The notes under the pieces were generated by a model, which was not told the DNA's origin, ran no database searches, and saw only the letters and a program-made list of their open reading frames with translations. The position numbers and the translations under genes are program-made. 64,000 nucleotides of DNA from Escherichia phage vB_Eco_F31: the sequence record OP870147.1. One strand, written 5' to 3'. This document shows positions 50,959-61,406 of this stretch, piece by piece. The number at the start of each line of letters is the position of its first letter. Position 1 is the first letter of the stretch.

Positions 50959-51624
50959 ATGGCCGATTTAAAAGCTGGTAGTACAACTGGCGGCGCTGTT
51001 ATATGGCATCAAGGTAATTTCCCTTTAATGCCAGCAGGTGATGACGTCCTGTATAAAACGTTTAAACTCTATTCAGAATATAATAAACCACAAGCTGCTG
51101 ATAATGATTTCGTTTCTAAAGCTAATGGTGGTACTTACGCTTCAAAGGTAACATTTAACAGTGGCGTGCAAATACCATATGCTATAAACAATACAAACCA
51201 AAGCGGTATTTTTCCTGGTAACGGTGATGCAGCTACTTTTGTTACAGCAAATATTGATATTGTTTCATGGTACGGTATTGGTTTTAAATCATCACAAGGA
51301 ACAGCTGGTAGAACTGTAGTAATCAATACACGTAATGGTGATATTAATACAAAAGGCGTTGTATCTGCTTCAGGACAAGTAAGAAGCGATATGACTGCTC
51401 CGGTTGCAGCAAATGATCTCACAAGAAAAGATTATGTTGATGGAAGAATAAATATTGTTACGGATAACGCAAATTCCCGTGTATTGCGTAAAGGCGATAC
51501 CATGACTGGTACTTTAACAGCACCAAACTTTTTCTCACAGAATCCGGCGTCTGAGGCTAATCATGTTCCTCGTTTCGACCAGATTGTAATTAAAGATTCT
51601 GTTCAAGATTTCGGCTATTATTAA
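50959..51624 (+). CDS. 36: Long tail fibre distal connector gp36
   Basis: 221-aa ORF (T4 gp36 221 aa), TATAAATA at 50927-50934. Confidence 0.88.
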   Translation: MADLKAGSTTGGAVIWHQGNFPLMPAGDDVLYKTFKLYSEYNKPQAADNDFVSKANGGTYASKVTFNSGVQIPYAINNTNQSGIFPGNGDAATFVTANIDIVSWYGIGFKSSQGTAGRTVVINTRNGDINTKGVVSASGQVRSDMTAPVAANDLTRKDYVDGRINIVTDNANSRVLRKGDTMTGTLTAPNFFSQNPASEANHVPRFDQIVIKDSVQDFGYY

Positions 51625-51632
51625 GAGGACTT

Positions 51633-54600
51633 ATGGCTACATTAAAACAGATACAATTTAAAAGAAGCAAAGTAGCAGGAGTTAATCCTACTGCAGCACA
51701 ATTAGCCGAAGGCGAATTAGCGATAAACTTAAAAGATCGAACTCTTTTTACTAAAGATGACCTCGGTAATATTATTAGCCTAGGCTTTGCTAAGGGTGGG
51801 GATATTAACGGTAATGTAACTCAAACTGGTGATTATTTACAAAACGGCACATATAATCTCAATGGAAATCAGTTTGTTTATGCAGGAAAATACATTGAAT
51901 TTTTACCTAAAACCACTGGAAATGGCGCTTGGGCTAACCAACATTCGAATAAAGCCCCTATCTTTACAGATTTAAGTTCAACTACTTCTGTTTCAGAATA
52001 CCATCCACTGATTAAACAACGCTATAAAGATGGAACTTTTTCTGCTGGTACATTAGTAAACGAAGGTAGTTTTAAATTCCATTATATTGATGAAACCGGG
52101 ACTTCAAAATACTGGACTTTTAATCGAAACGGTAATTTTCAAGTTGATTCCGGAAGTTTATTAGTATCTAATGGATATTTAGTTACTCAAAGTAATATTG
52201 AAACTAAAGCTGGTTCTTTAATTGGTCCTAAAGTTATTACCAAAAATATCAATGTGAGCACTAAATCTTGGGACACTAATATTGATACTGCATATGATTT
52301 AGTTTCATTACCGACTTGGCACTATACTCCAACCGAAACAGATTTGGATACTAATGGTATAAACTACCTTCGTAAATTCCGCGGACACGTTTCTTCTGCT
52401 ATTTTCCATGAAGTTGCTGATGCTCGTTCAGGTAAACCACAGAATATTTCGTATTGGACGGGACGTAATGCTGAAGTTTATCAATGGTCTTATACCACAG
52501 ATGGGCGTATGTCTGTTGCTAATTCGATAGGTATAGGTCTTGCTGATGTTGGTGACCAAGGACGTTATCCATTGGTTTCGTTTGGTAAAGGTATTGCAAT
52601 TGGTGACAATGATACTGGTATTAAATGGGTTCGTGACGGGGTTATCGATTTAGTTGCGAATGGTATTTCTGCCGGCACTATTCTTAATAACGGTATTAAC
52701 AGTACTAAAAAATTGATGGTTGGTTATAGTCGAGATTCTGGTTCTACTTGGGATTACCCAAATAACAACCAAGCAATGTTTACTGCGCGTACCGATGTTG
52801 ATGGTAATAATAACGGTGACGGTCAGACTCATATTGGTTATAGCAGCAATGCCAAGATGTATCACTATTTCCGTGGTACAGGTCGGATGTCCGTTAGTAT
52901 GGGCGATGGACTTCTTGTTGAGCCTGGCATTTTAGATATTAAGACTGGTTCAAATTCGTTAAATTTGCGTGCTGATGGTACCATCGCTTCTGTTCAAACG
53001 TTAAAACTTAATAATGGATTATATTTTAATGGCGATGGAACTAATGCTTCTCTAGTTTTTAAAGCAGCTTCAGGTATTGATGGCACTAAGCAAATCATGT
53101 GGGAAGGCGGTACTCGAGCAGGTCAGAATAAGAGTTATGTAACGGCTAAAGCATGGGGTAATTCATTTAATGCCACTGGTGATAAATCTCGTGAAACTGT
53201 ATTTGAAGTTAGTGACGGGCATGGATACCATTTTTATTCTCAACGTGTAGCTCCTGCGCCTGGTTCTACCGTTGGACCTATTCAATTTCGAGTTAATGGT
53301 GGTTTATTAACTTCAGGTAGTATTGTTACTTCTGGTTCTATTACAACTGAATCTTCTTTAAGTGTTAATAATGGCATGTCAGTAAATGGACAAGCTAAAT
53401 TCGGTGGAACAGCCGACGCATTAAGAATTTGGAACGCTGAATACGGCGCTATTTTCCGACGTTCAGAAACAAGTCTGTACATTATTCCGACTCCTAAAGA
53501 TGCCGGTGAAAGTGGTGGAATAAGTAATCTTCGCCCGTTTTATATCAATTTAGGCGATGGCCAAGTTTCTATGGACCATGTAGTAGATATCGGCGGTGGT
53601 AGATTTAAAGTAGATACAACCGGTACTACGGCTGGTCAACGCATAACAGTAAATATGGCATCAGATGCTATTAGAATAAATGCTCCAACACAAAAGTCTT
53701 CTAACTTCATTCAAGGACGTAAAGCAGATGTTCCGAAATGGTATTTAGGTATTGGCGATGGTGGCAACGTCGTTCGTATGCACAGCTACACATATTCACA
53801 TGGTATTGCATTAAACTCTGATTCTGTCGATATTACTAAACCATTAAAAGTTGGAAATGCTCAATTCGGTACTGATGGTAACATCACTGGAGGCACTGGT
53901 AACTTTGCTAACTTGAATACCACAATAAATAACCTTAAGACGGATATTGTCTCGAGTTACCCAATTGGTGCTCCGATTCCTTGGCCTACTGATACACCTC
54001 CTGAAGGTTATGCCATAATGGAAGGTCAAACATTTGATGCTGGCTTGTATCCTAAGTTAGCTGCGGTGTATCCTTCCGGCTCTCTGCCTGATATGCGTGG
54101 TCAAACTATCAAGGGTAAACCATCTGGGCGTGCTGTATTGAGTACAGAAGCAGACGGTGTTAAGTCACATAGCCATAGTGCAAGTGCATCAAGCACAGAT
54201 TTGGGTACTAAGACCACGTCAAGTTTTGATTATGGTACTAAGACGACAAGTAGCTTCGACTATGGTACTAAGACCAGCAATACCACTGGTAATCATAACC
54301 ATACAGTGAGTGGTAATACTGGTTCCGCTGGTGCGCACCAACACGCGCGTTCAGGCCCTCAGATACAAGGCGGCGTACCACAAGGCGGCGTACCCACTAG
54401 CATATTCTATGATGGATACAATAGTGCGGGACCAAACGGCAACGCTAAAATCACTGGATCCGTGAGCGGTGCTCCTGCATCGTCGAATATGGCCAAAACT
54501 TCTTCAGACGGTGCCCACACCCATAGTTGGTCAGGAACTACTAGCGCTACGGGTAACCATGCTCATACTGTGGGTATCGGTGCCCATACACATACTGTAG

Positions 54601-54728
54601 GTATTGGTGCCCACTCTCATTCGGTAGCGATTGGTTCCCATGGACATACAATAACTGTAAATGCCACAGGAAATACAGAAAATACTGTTAAAAACGTTGC
54701 TTTTAACTATATCGTTCGTTTAGCATAA
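51633..54728 (+). CDS. 37: Long tail fibre distal subunit gp37 (receptor-binding tip)
   Basis: 1031-aa ORF; C-terminal region carries repeated His-x-His boxes ([55 protein letters not shown]) as in T4-type gp37. Confidence 0.93.
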   Translation: MATLKQIQFKRSKVAGVNPTAAQLAEGELAINLKDRTLFTKDDLGNIISLGFAKGGDINGNVTQTGDYLQNGTYNLNGNQFVYAGKYIEFLPKTTGNGAWANQHSNKAPIFTDLSSTTSVSEYHPLIKQRYKDGTFSAGTLVNEGSFKFHYIDETGTSKYWTFNRNGNFQVDSGSLLVSNGYLVTQSNIETKAGSLIGPKVITKNINVSTKSWDTNIDTAYDLVSLPTWHYTPTETDLDTNGINYLRKFRGHVSSAIFHEVADARSGKPQNISYWTGRNAEVYQWSYTTDGRMSVANSIGIGLADVGDQGRYPLVSFGKGIAIGDNDTGIKWVRDGVIDLVANGISAGTILNNGINSTKKLMVGYSRDSGSTWDYPNNNQAMFTARTDVDGNNNGDGQTHIGYSSNAKMYHYFRGTGRMSVSMGDGLLVEPGILDIKTGSNSLNLRADGTIASVQTLKLNNGLYFNGDGTNASLVFKAASGIDGTKQIMWEGGTRAGQNKSYVTAKAWGNSFNATGDKSRETVFEVSDGHGYHFYSQRVAPAPGSTVGPIQFRVNGGLLTSGSIVTSGSITTESSLSVNNGMSVNGQAKFGGTADALRIWNAEYGAIFRRSETSLYIIPTPKDAGESGGISNLRPFYINLGDGQVSMDHVVDIGGGRFKVDTTGTTAGQRITVNMASDAIRINAPTQKSSNFIQGRKADVPKWYLGIGDGGNVVRMHSYTYSHGIALNSDSVDITKPLKVGNAQFGTDGNITGGTGNFANLNTTINNLKTDIVSSYPIGAPIPWPTDTPPEGYAIMEGQTFDAGLYPKLAAVYPSGSLPDMRGQTIKGKPSGRAVLSTEADGVKSHSHSASASSTDLGTKTTSSFDYGTKTTSSFDYGTKTSNTTGNHNHTVSGNTGSAGAHQHARSGPQIQGGVPQGGVPTSIFYDGYNSAGPNGNAKITGSVSGAPASSNMAKTSSDGAHTHSWSGTTSATGNHAHTVGIGAHTHTVGIGAHSHSVAIGSHGHTITVNATGNTENTVKNVAFNYIVRLA
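54205..54294 (+). repeat. Three tandem 30-nt in-frame repeats in gp37 ([10 protein letters not shown] x2, then [10 protein letters not shown])
   Basis: ggtactaagaccacgtcaagttttgattat / ggtactaagacgacaagtagcttcgactat / ggtactaagaccagcaataccactggtaat. Confidence 0.8.
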
Positions 54729-54734
54729 GGAGAA

Positions 54735-54754
54735 GGGACTTCGGTCCCTTTTTA
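54735..54754 (+). terminator. Terminator/attenuator hairpin between genes 37 and 38
   Basis: GGGACttcgGTCCCttttta. Confidence 0.6.
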
Positions 54755-54758
54755 TAAT

Positions 54759-55310
54759 ATGAAACTCTATCACTATTATTTTGACACTAAAGAATTTTAC
54801 AAAGAAGAAAATTATAAACCATTAAAAGGCGTAGGATTTCCGGCTCATTCGACACCAAAAAAACCTTTAGACCCTAAAGAAGGCTATGCTGTTGTATTTG
54901 ATGAACGCGAACAAGAATGGGTATATGTTGAAGACCATCGTGGAAAAACAGTATGGACTTATGATAAGCAAAAAATTGTTATTGACACTCCAGGTGCTCT
55001 TCAAAATGTTACTACAGAAGAACCTGGTGAATTTGACATTTGGACCGGTGACGGGTGGAAGGAAGATGAAGCATATAAACGCGTAGTTCAACGTGATAAG
55101 AAAATTCATGAACTCTATAAATTATTCAGTGTTTTAAGTTCTCTTATTGACGCAGAGGTTGCTAATAGAGAAGAAAAACGAAAATTTAAAGAGCTCAAAA
55201 AATTCTTTGCCCTTTTAGAAAAACATGAACATCTTGGCGGCGAATTCCCTAAATTCCCTGATCTTGAAAACAAATCTATTATCAAAGCGATTATAAATAT
55301 CTTTAAGTAA
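54759..55310 (+). CDS. 38: Tail fibre assembly chaperone gp38 (T4-type)
   Basis: 183-aa ORF MKLYHYYFDTKEFYKEENYKP.KG.G.PAHST.KKPL.PKEGYAVVFDER...FALLEKHEHLGGEFP matching T4 gp38. Confidence 0.93.
   Translation: MKLYHYYFDTKEFYKEENYKPLKGVGFPAHSTPKKPLDPKEGYAVVFDEREQEWVYVEDHRGKTVWTYDKQKIVIDTPGALQNVTTEEPGEFDIWTGDGWKEDEAYKRVVQRDKKIHELYKLFSVLSSLIDAEVANREEKRKFKELKKFFALLEKHEHLGGEFPKFPDLENKSIIKAIINIFK
55292..55299 (+). promoter_or_regulatory. Late promoter TATAAATA (holin t)
   Basis: Exact TATAAATA 21 nt upstream of the t ATG. Confidence 0.55.
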
Positions 55311-55319
55311 GGAGGTATT

Positions 55320-55979
55320 ATGGCAACACCAAAAGTATCATTTTCGCCTAGTGATATTCTATTTGGGTTGCTAGATCGTATTTTCAAAGATAACGCTACT
55401 GGAAAGGTTTTAATGTCCCGAGTAGCGGTAATTATTCTTTTGTTCCTAATGGCACTAATATGGTACAAAGGAAGTATTTTGCTGGATTATTATGTAAGAT
55501 CTAAGTATGATACTTATACTGAAATAATCCAAAAAGAACGAGCTTTACGTTTTGAATCTGCGGCTCTAGAACAACTGCAAATAGTTCATATCTCATCTGG
55601 TGCAGATTTTAGTGCTGTGTATTCTTTCAGACCTAAAAACTTAAATTATTTCGTCGACCTTATAGCTTATGAAGGCAAACTGCCTAGCACAATTTCTGAA
55701 AAGTCCCTTGGGGGATTCCCGGTGGATAAAACGGCCAATGAATATATAATTCATTTAAGTGGCCGTCATTTCTCGTCTAAATCAGAATTTGCATTTTTGC
55801 CTACAAAATCTAAAACTGCCGAACTTTCTTATATGTATAGTTGTCCATACTTTAATTTGGATAACATCTATGCTGGAACTGTGACGATGTATTGGTATAA
55901 GGGGAATAATATACTTGAGGAAGATCGCTTAGCAGCTATATGCAACCAAGCGGTCCGAATACTAGGAAGGGCTAAATAA
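55320..55979 (+). CDS. t: Holin T
   Basis: 219-aa ORF ...SFSPSDILFG.LDR.FKDNATGKVL.SRVAV.ILLF.MA..WY... matching T4 T; TATAAATA at 55292-55299. Confidence 0.95.
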   Translation: MATPKVSFSPSDILFGLLDRIFKDNATGKVLMSRVAVIILLFLMALIWYKGSILLDYYVRSKYDTYTEIIQKERALRFESAALEQLQIVHISSGADFSAVYSFRPKNLNYFVDLIAYEGKLPSTISEKSLGGFPVDKTANEYIIHLSGRHFSSKSEFAFLPTKSKTAELSYMYSCPYFNLDNIYAGTVTMYWYKGNNILEEDRLAAICNQAVRILGRAK

Positions 55980-56252
55980 TTAGTTGTTAGAATACATCGC
56001 TAAATGACGATAAATATTTTCAAAACCTTCATTGAATTCACTAATCAGTGTTTTCTTTTCTTCGGCAGTTAAATTTGTAATTAGTTTTCTAAAAGAATTC
56101 TGATTTAGCTGCCGACCATCTTTTTTAATTCCAATCTCATTCAAGAATCCGATGAAACTTGCTCGGTCTTCAACAATATCTTCCCTAGAGAATTTAATCA
56201 AAATAGAAGCAATAGTAATAATTTCACGTACAATTTCAATATCTTTATTCAT
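55980..56252 (-). CDS. asiA: Anti-sigma-70 factor AsiA
   Basis: 90-aa ORF MNKDIEIVREIITIASILIKFSREDIVEDRASFIGFLNEIG... matching T4 AsiA; early promoter 56287-56316. Confidence 0.95.
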   Translation of the reverse strand: MNKDIEIVREIITIASILIKFSREDIVEDRASFIGFLNEIGIKKDGRQLNQNSFRKLITNLTAEEKKTLISEFNEGFENIYRHLAMYSNN

Positions 56253-56286
56253 AACGTTTTATTCATTCCACTTAATTGATAGGAGT

Positions 56287-56316
56287 ATAGTACCATTATC
56301 AGTGTTGATTGTAAAC
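56287..56316 (-). promoter_or_regulatory. Early promoter for asiA
   Basis: Minus strand GTTTACaatcaacactgataatggTACTAT. Confidence 0.5.
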
Positions 56317-56449
56317 GGCTTTTTCCACGCTTTTAACGTAATCAATGTAGTCTTCCTGTTCATACGAGTGTAAGACCAAGAATTGAACTAATAGTTCATT
56401 ATAGACTAAAGCCTCACGCTCACGTTCGGCCTCTACTACGTTCTGAAGA

Positions 56450-56749
56450 TTATGACTCATATCGTTCCTTATAACTATCAATATAGTCCTGTATGTCGAA
56501 AAACGACATTTCATATTCTAGGGCGTTAAGAGCCCGTTCTTCAGTATAGTCAGAACCAAAGACGATAGTGATTTCGCCAGGCTTCATGTGATTGAAATCG
56601 ACACTAAAAGGAATACGAGAACATACTTCGTCTGCCATATCTACGATAACACTACGACACACTTCTCGGTTAACCTGATAAAGCTCTGCAAGTTCTTCAC
56701 ATCGAATAACAAGTTCAGTGGCAGGTTTTTCTTTGATTTTAGTAAGCAT
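56450..56749 (-). CDS. Acidic protein next to asiA, candidate Arn-like protein; start uncertain (56749 or 56836)
   Basis: 99-aa D/E-rich frame from internal Met of ORF-track 56450..56836; T4 has arn at this position; sequence identity not verified. Confidence 0.35.
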   Translation of the reverse strand: MLTKIKEKPATELVIRCEELAELYQVNREVCRSVIVDMADEVCSRIPFSVDFNHMKPGEITIVFGSDYTEERALNALEYEMSFFDIQDYIDSYKERYES

Positions 56750-56832
56750 AGTCTTTACCCTTATGTTTTTGTTTGCGTTTAGATTGAAGTTCTGATTTCT
56801 TCTTGTCCTTATGGACAGAAGCCTTATTGAAA

Positions 56833-57051
56833 TCATGTTTTGCTACAAGATTGTTCATAATGATTTATAACCTCATTTAAACATTTGTCTGTGAAAGAAA
56901 ACTTTTTAGCCACAGAACATTCGATAATGTGCTCTTTCAAATCTTTAGAGTCAGTATAACCCATCTCAGTAATAAAGTGGCGAATTAAAGCTTTATTCTT
57001 ATCATTAACAGAATTAAAATAATCTGCTTTAGAATCAATTATTCTCATCAT
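56833..57051 (-). CDS. Hypothetical protein
   Basis: 72-aa ORF, overlapping stop/start chain. Confidence 0.45.
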   Translation of the reverse strand: MMRIIDSKADYFNSVNDKNKALIRHFITEMGYTDSKDLKEHIIECSVAKKFSFTDKCLNEVINHYEQSCSKT

Positions 57052-57316
57052 CTAATTTCCTTAATTGATATTGCAACGAGCTAATAATTTCTTCGTTCAT
57101 TTTAATATACATGTCGCGCAAGAAAGGTTTTAACCCATCACGAATAATTGCTAACGTATCACCTTTACATAAATTAACCAAATAAGGATGGTCTAAAGCA
57201 TCCCAACCAGGCTGATTAGCATACATACCATAATTTTCTTCCATCATAGCATTCAGGCGTTTGATATGATTAATGTGGGCTTCAATAGCATCAATCTGGA
57301 GTTGTTTAAGATTCAT
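57035..57316 (-). CDS. Hypothetical protein
   Basis: 93-aa ORF. Confidence 0.45.
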   Translation of the reverse strand: MNLKQLQIDAIEAHINHIKRLNAMMEENYGMYANQPGWDALDHPYLVNLCKGDTLAIIRDGLKPFLRDMYIKMNEEIISSLQYQLRKLDDENN

Positions 57317-57777
57317 TAGTAAAGATCCTCAGAGTAAAGTTCTTTTTCATTACCACCACGTTCAATACGTACTTGTCCAGCGTAAGTTGCAATAATCATT
57401 GCTTCTTCACGTGTCCAATAATTACTATATTGGTCAATAAACCCTTGGTCATCATCACAAACTTGTTGAGTAACTAATTGAGGTTTAACTACATCTAAAA
57501 CTTCTGCCATATCTTTAGAATAATGACGAGCACCCGGAATAATAAGAGTTCGTCCATCTTTTAATTTAAAACGGTTGGCTGCGCAGACAATTCGTCGTTG
57601 ATACTTTTGGTTTTCATCCCAATACAGAGTCTGCCAACAGATTTCAGGAACTTCATCTAAAACATTTTGTTCTGTATATTCACCACCGTAAGAAGCTAAT
57701 TTAGCAGCCAGACTTTCCGGAGTCTCACGAGATAAAGCTTTATCTAACAGAGCTAAACGTTCTTTAAAAGTTTTCAT
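57316..57777 (-). CDS. Hypothetical protein
   Basis: 153-aa ORF, ATGA overlaps with neighbours. Confidence 0.5.
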   Translation of the reverse strand: MKTFKERLALLDKALSRETPESLAAKLASYGGEYTEQNVLDEVPEICWQTLYWDENQKYQRRIVCAANRFKLKDGRTLIIPGARHYSKDMAEVLDVVKPQLVTQQVCDDDQGFIDQYSNYWTREEAMIIATYAGQVRIERGGNEKELYSEDLY

Positions 57778-58103
57778 TTAAACCATCCTTTAATACGTTG
57801 CCAAATAGATTTTTGTGCTTGTTTATTTACACCAATCGAACGAATAACCGGTTGTGACTGCTGATATTCTTTATAATCTTCTTTATAGATTTCGTAAGCT
57901 GCATCAACAAATGAACTGATCGCTGCCATGTAGTTTTTACGAAGGCCAAATGGCGCGTCATTATTTTCACGAATAACCGTATATTGGCCTGCTTTAATCT
58001 TTACAATTGTCCCTAAATAAGCCCCGTGGTACCAAATATCCCATCCTTCCTGAGTAGGTTCTGCACATTTACGAAGTTCGTTAATAATATTCAGCTTATT
58101 CAT
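57774..58103 (-). CDS. Hypothetical protein
   Basis: 109-aa ORF directly downstream of motA. Confidence 0.5.
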   Translation of the reverse strand: MNKLNIINELRKCAEPTQEGWDIWYHGAYLGTIVKIKAGQYTVIRENNDAPFGLRKNYMAAISSFVDAAYEIYKEDYKEYQQSQPVIRSIGVNKQAQKSIWQRIKGWFK

Positions 58104-58113
58104 TATGTATTCC

Positions 58114-58746
58114 TCACAGTACGTTAGTTACAAGGGTAATGATTTCTTTGGACACATTAGGGAAGTCAATGTAAGTATATTTACCACCGATCTTAATCTT
58201 AACATCATTTTCAAGAGAAGTAAACAGCTTTGATTCAGTTTCTGACATGTTGTATGCAAAGATTCTAAGAGAACCGTCTCGACGAATTTCGATCTGACGA
58301 ATACCTAGAACTCGTTTTGCAAATCGAACTTCCAAGTTACTACGGTTTTCACCAATTTCTTTAACTTCAACTTTATCTTTAATATTTTCAAAAACAAAGT
58401 TTGCTAATTCATGCATTTCAGGAGTAACTCCACGTGCTTTTCTAGTGTTACGTTTCTGAAGAAGTTCTGGAGCATTTTCTTGGGCAAAGAGGTCTGCAGC
58501 TTTTTGGATAATATCCATTGCTTCGCCTGTTGCTACAAGTCCATCACCGGATTTTTCGACTAAACCTTTCTTAATCAATACACCAATGTTAGAGTTAACA
58601 ACCGATGCATTGTATTCTGCTTCCAGAGCTTCACGGACATTGGCAGCAGTGGTGAAGTTGTTCTTAATGATATAAACCATTATTGCAGCAGTTTTTTCAT
58701 TCAGAACGTTTTCAGAAGCTTTGATGATGTAAGTAACTTTAGACAT
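58114..58746 (-). CDS. motA: MotA middle-transcription activator
   Basis: 210-aa ORF MSKVTYIIKASENVLNEKTAAIMVYIIKNNFTTAANVREA...SNIGVLIKKGLVEKSGDGL matching T4 MotA; early promoter 58784-58812. Confidence 0.93.
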   Translation of the reverse strand: MSKVTYIIKASENVLNEKTAAIMVYIIKNNFTTAANVREALEAEYNASVVNSNIGVLIKKGLVEKSGDGLVATGEAMDIIQKAADLFAQENAPELLQKRNTRKARGVTPEMHELANFVFENIKDKVEVKEIGENRSNLEVRFAKRVLGIRQIEIRRDGSLRIFAYNMSETESKLFTSLENDVKIKIGGKYTYIDFPNVSKEIITLVTNVL

Positions 58747-58783
58747 TTTATTTCTCCAAATTAGTACTTGTTTTGATAGGTCT

Positions 58784-58812
58784 ATAATATCATGTTTGAA
58801 GCAAAAGTAAAC
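58784..58812 (-). promoter_or_regulatory. Early promoter for motA
   Basis: Minus strand GTTTACttttgcttcaaacatgaTATTAT. Confidence 0.55.
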
Positions 58813-58850
58813 TTTATTTTGGGCTCTTTTTCCAAAAGCCCTGGTAAAAT

Positions 58851-59066
58851 TTACAAACTCATTTCTTTAATAAGGCCAATAAGTTTTGCCTTTTTAGAAC
58901 GAAGCTTTTCTAAATGATGTCCATTTGAACCGCGAACCACTAAAGAATTGATTTCAACTTCTAAGAAATTTAATTCTTCAACAAGTGCTTTACGGGGAGC
59001 ATTCATACCAGGTTTAACTTTACCGAAACGAGTAGTTGTGTTTTGGGTTAATTTCATTTTAGACAT
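58851..59066 (-). CDS. Hypothetical small basic protein
   Basis: 71-aa ORF with early promoter 59106-59134 nearly identical to the motA promoter. Confidence 0.5.
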   Translation of the reverse strand: MSKMKLTQNTTTRFGKVKPGMNAPRKALVEELNFLEVEINSLVVRGSNGHHLEKLRSKKAKLIGLIKEMSL

Positions 59067-59105
59067 TTTATTTCTCCAATTTGGTTGTTTTGTTTTGATA
59101 GGTCT

Positions 59106-59134
59106 ATAATATCATGTTTGAAGCACGTGTAAAC
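59106..59134 (-). promoter_or_regulatory. Early promoter for the 58851..59066 gene (near-duplicate of the motA promoter)
   Basis: Minus strand GTTTACacgtgcttcaaacatgaTATTAT. Confidence 0.5.
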
Positions 59135-59161
59135 TGTTTTGTGAGGAAAAAATGCACAAAA

Positions 59162-59177
59162 GGGAGCCAAAGCTCCC
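59162..59177 (-). terminator. Terminator after gene 52
   Basis: Minus strand GGGAGCuuugGCUCCCuuuugugc. Confidence 0.6.
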
Positions 59178-59253
59178 TAATCATGTTTGTCCAACCAATA
59201 TAGCCAAATCACTAGTGCAGCTATTGCACTGAGAAATCCTAAGGCTAGGGCAC

Positions 59254-60579
59254 TCAAAGTGCCTCCAAGTCTTTAGTGTACTCTGTCACAACATCAGTAG
59301 ACTTCCAATACTCATTTTCTTCTTTCTTAGCTTTAGCTTCTTCTGCTAGTTTACGTGCTTCATCGGAAGTGATATGGAAGATGTTAAGACCTACCAGTTT
59401 ATCGACATGTTCTTTATACATTTCGATTTGTGCTAGCTCTTCAGTCAAAGCTTTACGAGTCTTGCCCTGAATCACAATTTCACCGTTGATAACTTTTTTG
59501 ATGAAGTGTGCCTTAGCAAAAGCCAGTTTAAATGCTTTTTCAGATTCAAGGATTTTGTTATCAATACGTTTCTGAACGTAAGTCTTACGGACTTCAACAA
59601 AATCTTTGATTAAGTCCACTACGTTATCATAGACCGCTAATTTACCCTTTTCATTAATCACTGTGATGTTTTGTGAACGACGTTCGATGAGACTAAAATC
59701 TTTCATGATTTTTTCATGACGTAGCTCTTCATCATCAGGAAGCGAGTACTCTTTACGGAACTTCACCTTAAACCCAAAGCCGTGTTCACCACAATCATCT
59801 TCCCATGAGATTAGACCTTTGTCTTCTAACGGGTCAAGAACCTTACTCACATACGTTTCACGGTCGAATTTATATGGGATTTCAGTTATCTGCATTTGAG
59901 TGCGAGATGTGAACTTATATGTTCCGTGAATCTCATAGCGCCCATCAACTTCATGTACTTCACCACGGAATTCTGGGAATTCAACTTTTGGCTTAGTGAC
60001 ATTTTTACCTTGAAGAGCTTGTAATACAGCCTTTTTGACTGATTTAAAACTATGAGGCAGAATATTTGTTGCGTAACCGGTTGCAATACCAGAGACGCCA
60101 TTCAAAAGAACTGTCGGAATAATAGGAAGATAGAATTTTGGTGGAACATGTTCTTTATCTTCATGAGCTGGAGCATATTCAGTATCTTTATATACGTTAT
60201 AGAAATTTTTACTTACACGAGCAAAAATATAACGAGATGCTGCAGCTTTTTGGACTGTTCTAGAACCAAAGTTGCCTTGGCCATCTAACAGTGGATAGTT
60301 GTTGTTCCATGTGTTAGCCATCAATGCACCTGCATCTTGTGCAGAAGATTCACCATGGTGATAACCTAAATCTGCAACACCGCCTGCAATTGACGCAAGT
60401 TTATGAAATTTTTCTTTATTACCACGAGCCAAATCTAACGCACGATGAACCACAAAACGTTGAACCGGCTTAAATCCATCAATCATGTTTGGGATTGCAC
60501 GGTTTTCAACGGTGTACATAGCATATGCTAAGGCTTCGTTATCAATAATACTTTTTAGATTACGAGAATTCAATTGCAT
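59254..60579 (-). CDS. 52: DNA topoisomerase II medium subunit gp52
   Basis: 441-aa ORF (T4 gp52 ~441 aa) with type II topoisomerase A-subunit-like blocks; T4 synteny between motA and ndd. Confidence 0.88.
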   Translation of the reverse strand: MQLNSRNLKSIIDNEALAYAMYTVENRAIPNMIDGFKPVQRFVVHRALDLARGNKEKFHKLASIAGGVADLGYHHGESSAQDAGALMANTWNNNYPLLDGQGNFGSRTVQKAAASRYIFARVSKNFYNVYKDTEYAPAHEDKEHVPPKFYLPIIPTVLLNGVSGIATGYATNILPHSFKSVKKAVLQALQGKNVTKPKVEFPEFRGEVHEVDGRYEIHGTYKFTSRTQMQITEIPYKFDRETYVSKVLDPLEDKGLISWEDDCGEHGFGFKVKFRKEYSLPDDEELRHEKIMKDFSLIERRSQNITVINEKGKLAVYDNVVDLIKDFVEVRKTYVQKRIDNKILESEKAFKLAFAKAHFIKKVINGEIVIQGKTRKALTEELAQIEMYKEHVDKLVGLNIFHITSDEARKLAEEAKAKKEENEYWKSTDVVTEYTKDLEAL

Positions 60580-60585
60580 ATTTTC

Positions 60586-60724
60586 ACCATATTAATGAAC
60601 TAATAACCATTATAACATCTGAAATGAAAAGCACTACTTGGATTAGTCCAAACATCACACCGTAGTACAGAACCGTAAGCAACAACAAGAGCCCGAAGGC
60701 TCCTGCTAAGATTTTCTTAATCAT
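60586..60724 (-). CDS. Small hydrophobic membrane peptide (46 aa)
   Basis: MIKKILAGAFGLLLLLTVLYYGVMFGLIQVVLFISDVIMVISSLIW*; ATG overlaps upstream stop (TAATG); position of T4 ac/stp; below ORF-track cutoff. Confidence 0.4.
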
Positions 60725-60870
60725 TACTCACCTTTTAACACGTTAAAAAGAGCTAAGACCGCTAAGGTGCCTTGTGATACGGCCTGTTGAAATACTGTTG
60801 TTTCGCTTGTAACTAAAGTGTTAACGAATAAAACCGACCAACACAGCAATGCAATAATCCATGCTACCAT
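60724..60870 (-). CDS. Small hydrophobic membrane peptide (48 aa)
   Basis: MVAWIIALLCWSVLFVNTLVTSETTVFQQAVSQGTLAVLALFNVLKGE*; RBS GAGG; below ORF-track cutoff. Confidence 0.4.
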   Translation of the reverse strand: MVAWIIALLCWSVLFVNTLVTSETTVFQQAVSQGTLAVLALFNVLKGE

Positions 60871-60922
60871 TTTAATTACCTCAAAAATAAATTAAAGGCC
60901 CAACTTAATAGGCCCGTATAAA

Positions 60923-61369
60923 TTAGTAACTCTGCAGAATGAATTTGAAATTATCAGCCAGAAGACGGTTCATTTCAGTGAGTGTTTGATATTCTGATGT
61001 ATGGTTGCGAGTGAATGTCAGAGCCAATTGACCTTTACCATAACCAGTGGTCAGTGGTTTCATGTTCTTAGCTGCAACAAAGATTACATCATATTCAATA
61101 TTGTTAGTGCCCATGGTACGGGCTAGTTGCGAACGGCCTTGACGAATGTGAGAAAGAATTGCATCCAACCCTTGTTTAGAACGTTGACGTCCTACAAAGA
61201 ATCGTGCTGCTACTTGTCGCCAATCAGATGAACCTTTAACAAAGAAGTAAAAACCTTCACGAGAACGAAACTCTTTAGAAACTTCAGAACCGTATTCACC
61301 ATTACGAACTACTGCAACAACTTCACCACCAACTGCCAGAAGGTCTTTACGAGTTAAATATTTGGACAT
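60923..61369 (-). CDS. ndd: Nucleoid disruption protein Ndd
   Basis: 148-aa ORF with ...FYVGNQRSKQG..A.LSHIRQ.RSQLART...KMKPLTTG.GKGQLAL.FTRNH.SEYQTL.EMNR.LADNFKF.LQ.Y matching T4 Ndd. Confidence 0.92.
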   Translation of the reverse strand: MSKYLTRKDLLAVGGEVVAVVRNGEYGSEVSKEFRSREGFYFFVKGSSDWRQVAARFFVGRQRSKQGLDAILSHIRQGRSQLARTMGTNNIEYDVIFVAAKNMKPLTTGYGKGQLALTFTRNHTSEYQTLTEMNRLLADNFKFILQSY

Positions 61370-61406
61370 GCTAATTTCCTCAATTGATTAATGTTTTTGT
61401 AATCCA

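Noticed and set aside
56299-56514. 71-aa ORF between asiA and the acidic Arn-like gene
   Set aside because: It overlaps both the asiA early promoter and the 3' end of the acidic ORF in another frame; no convincing start context.
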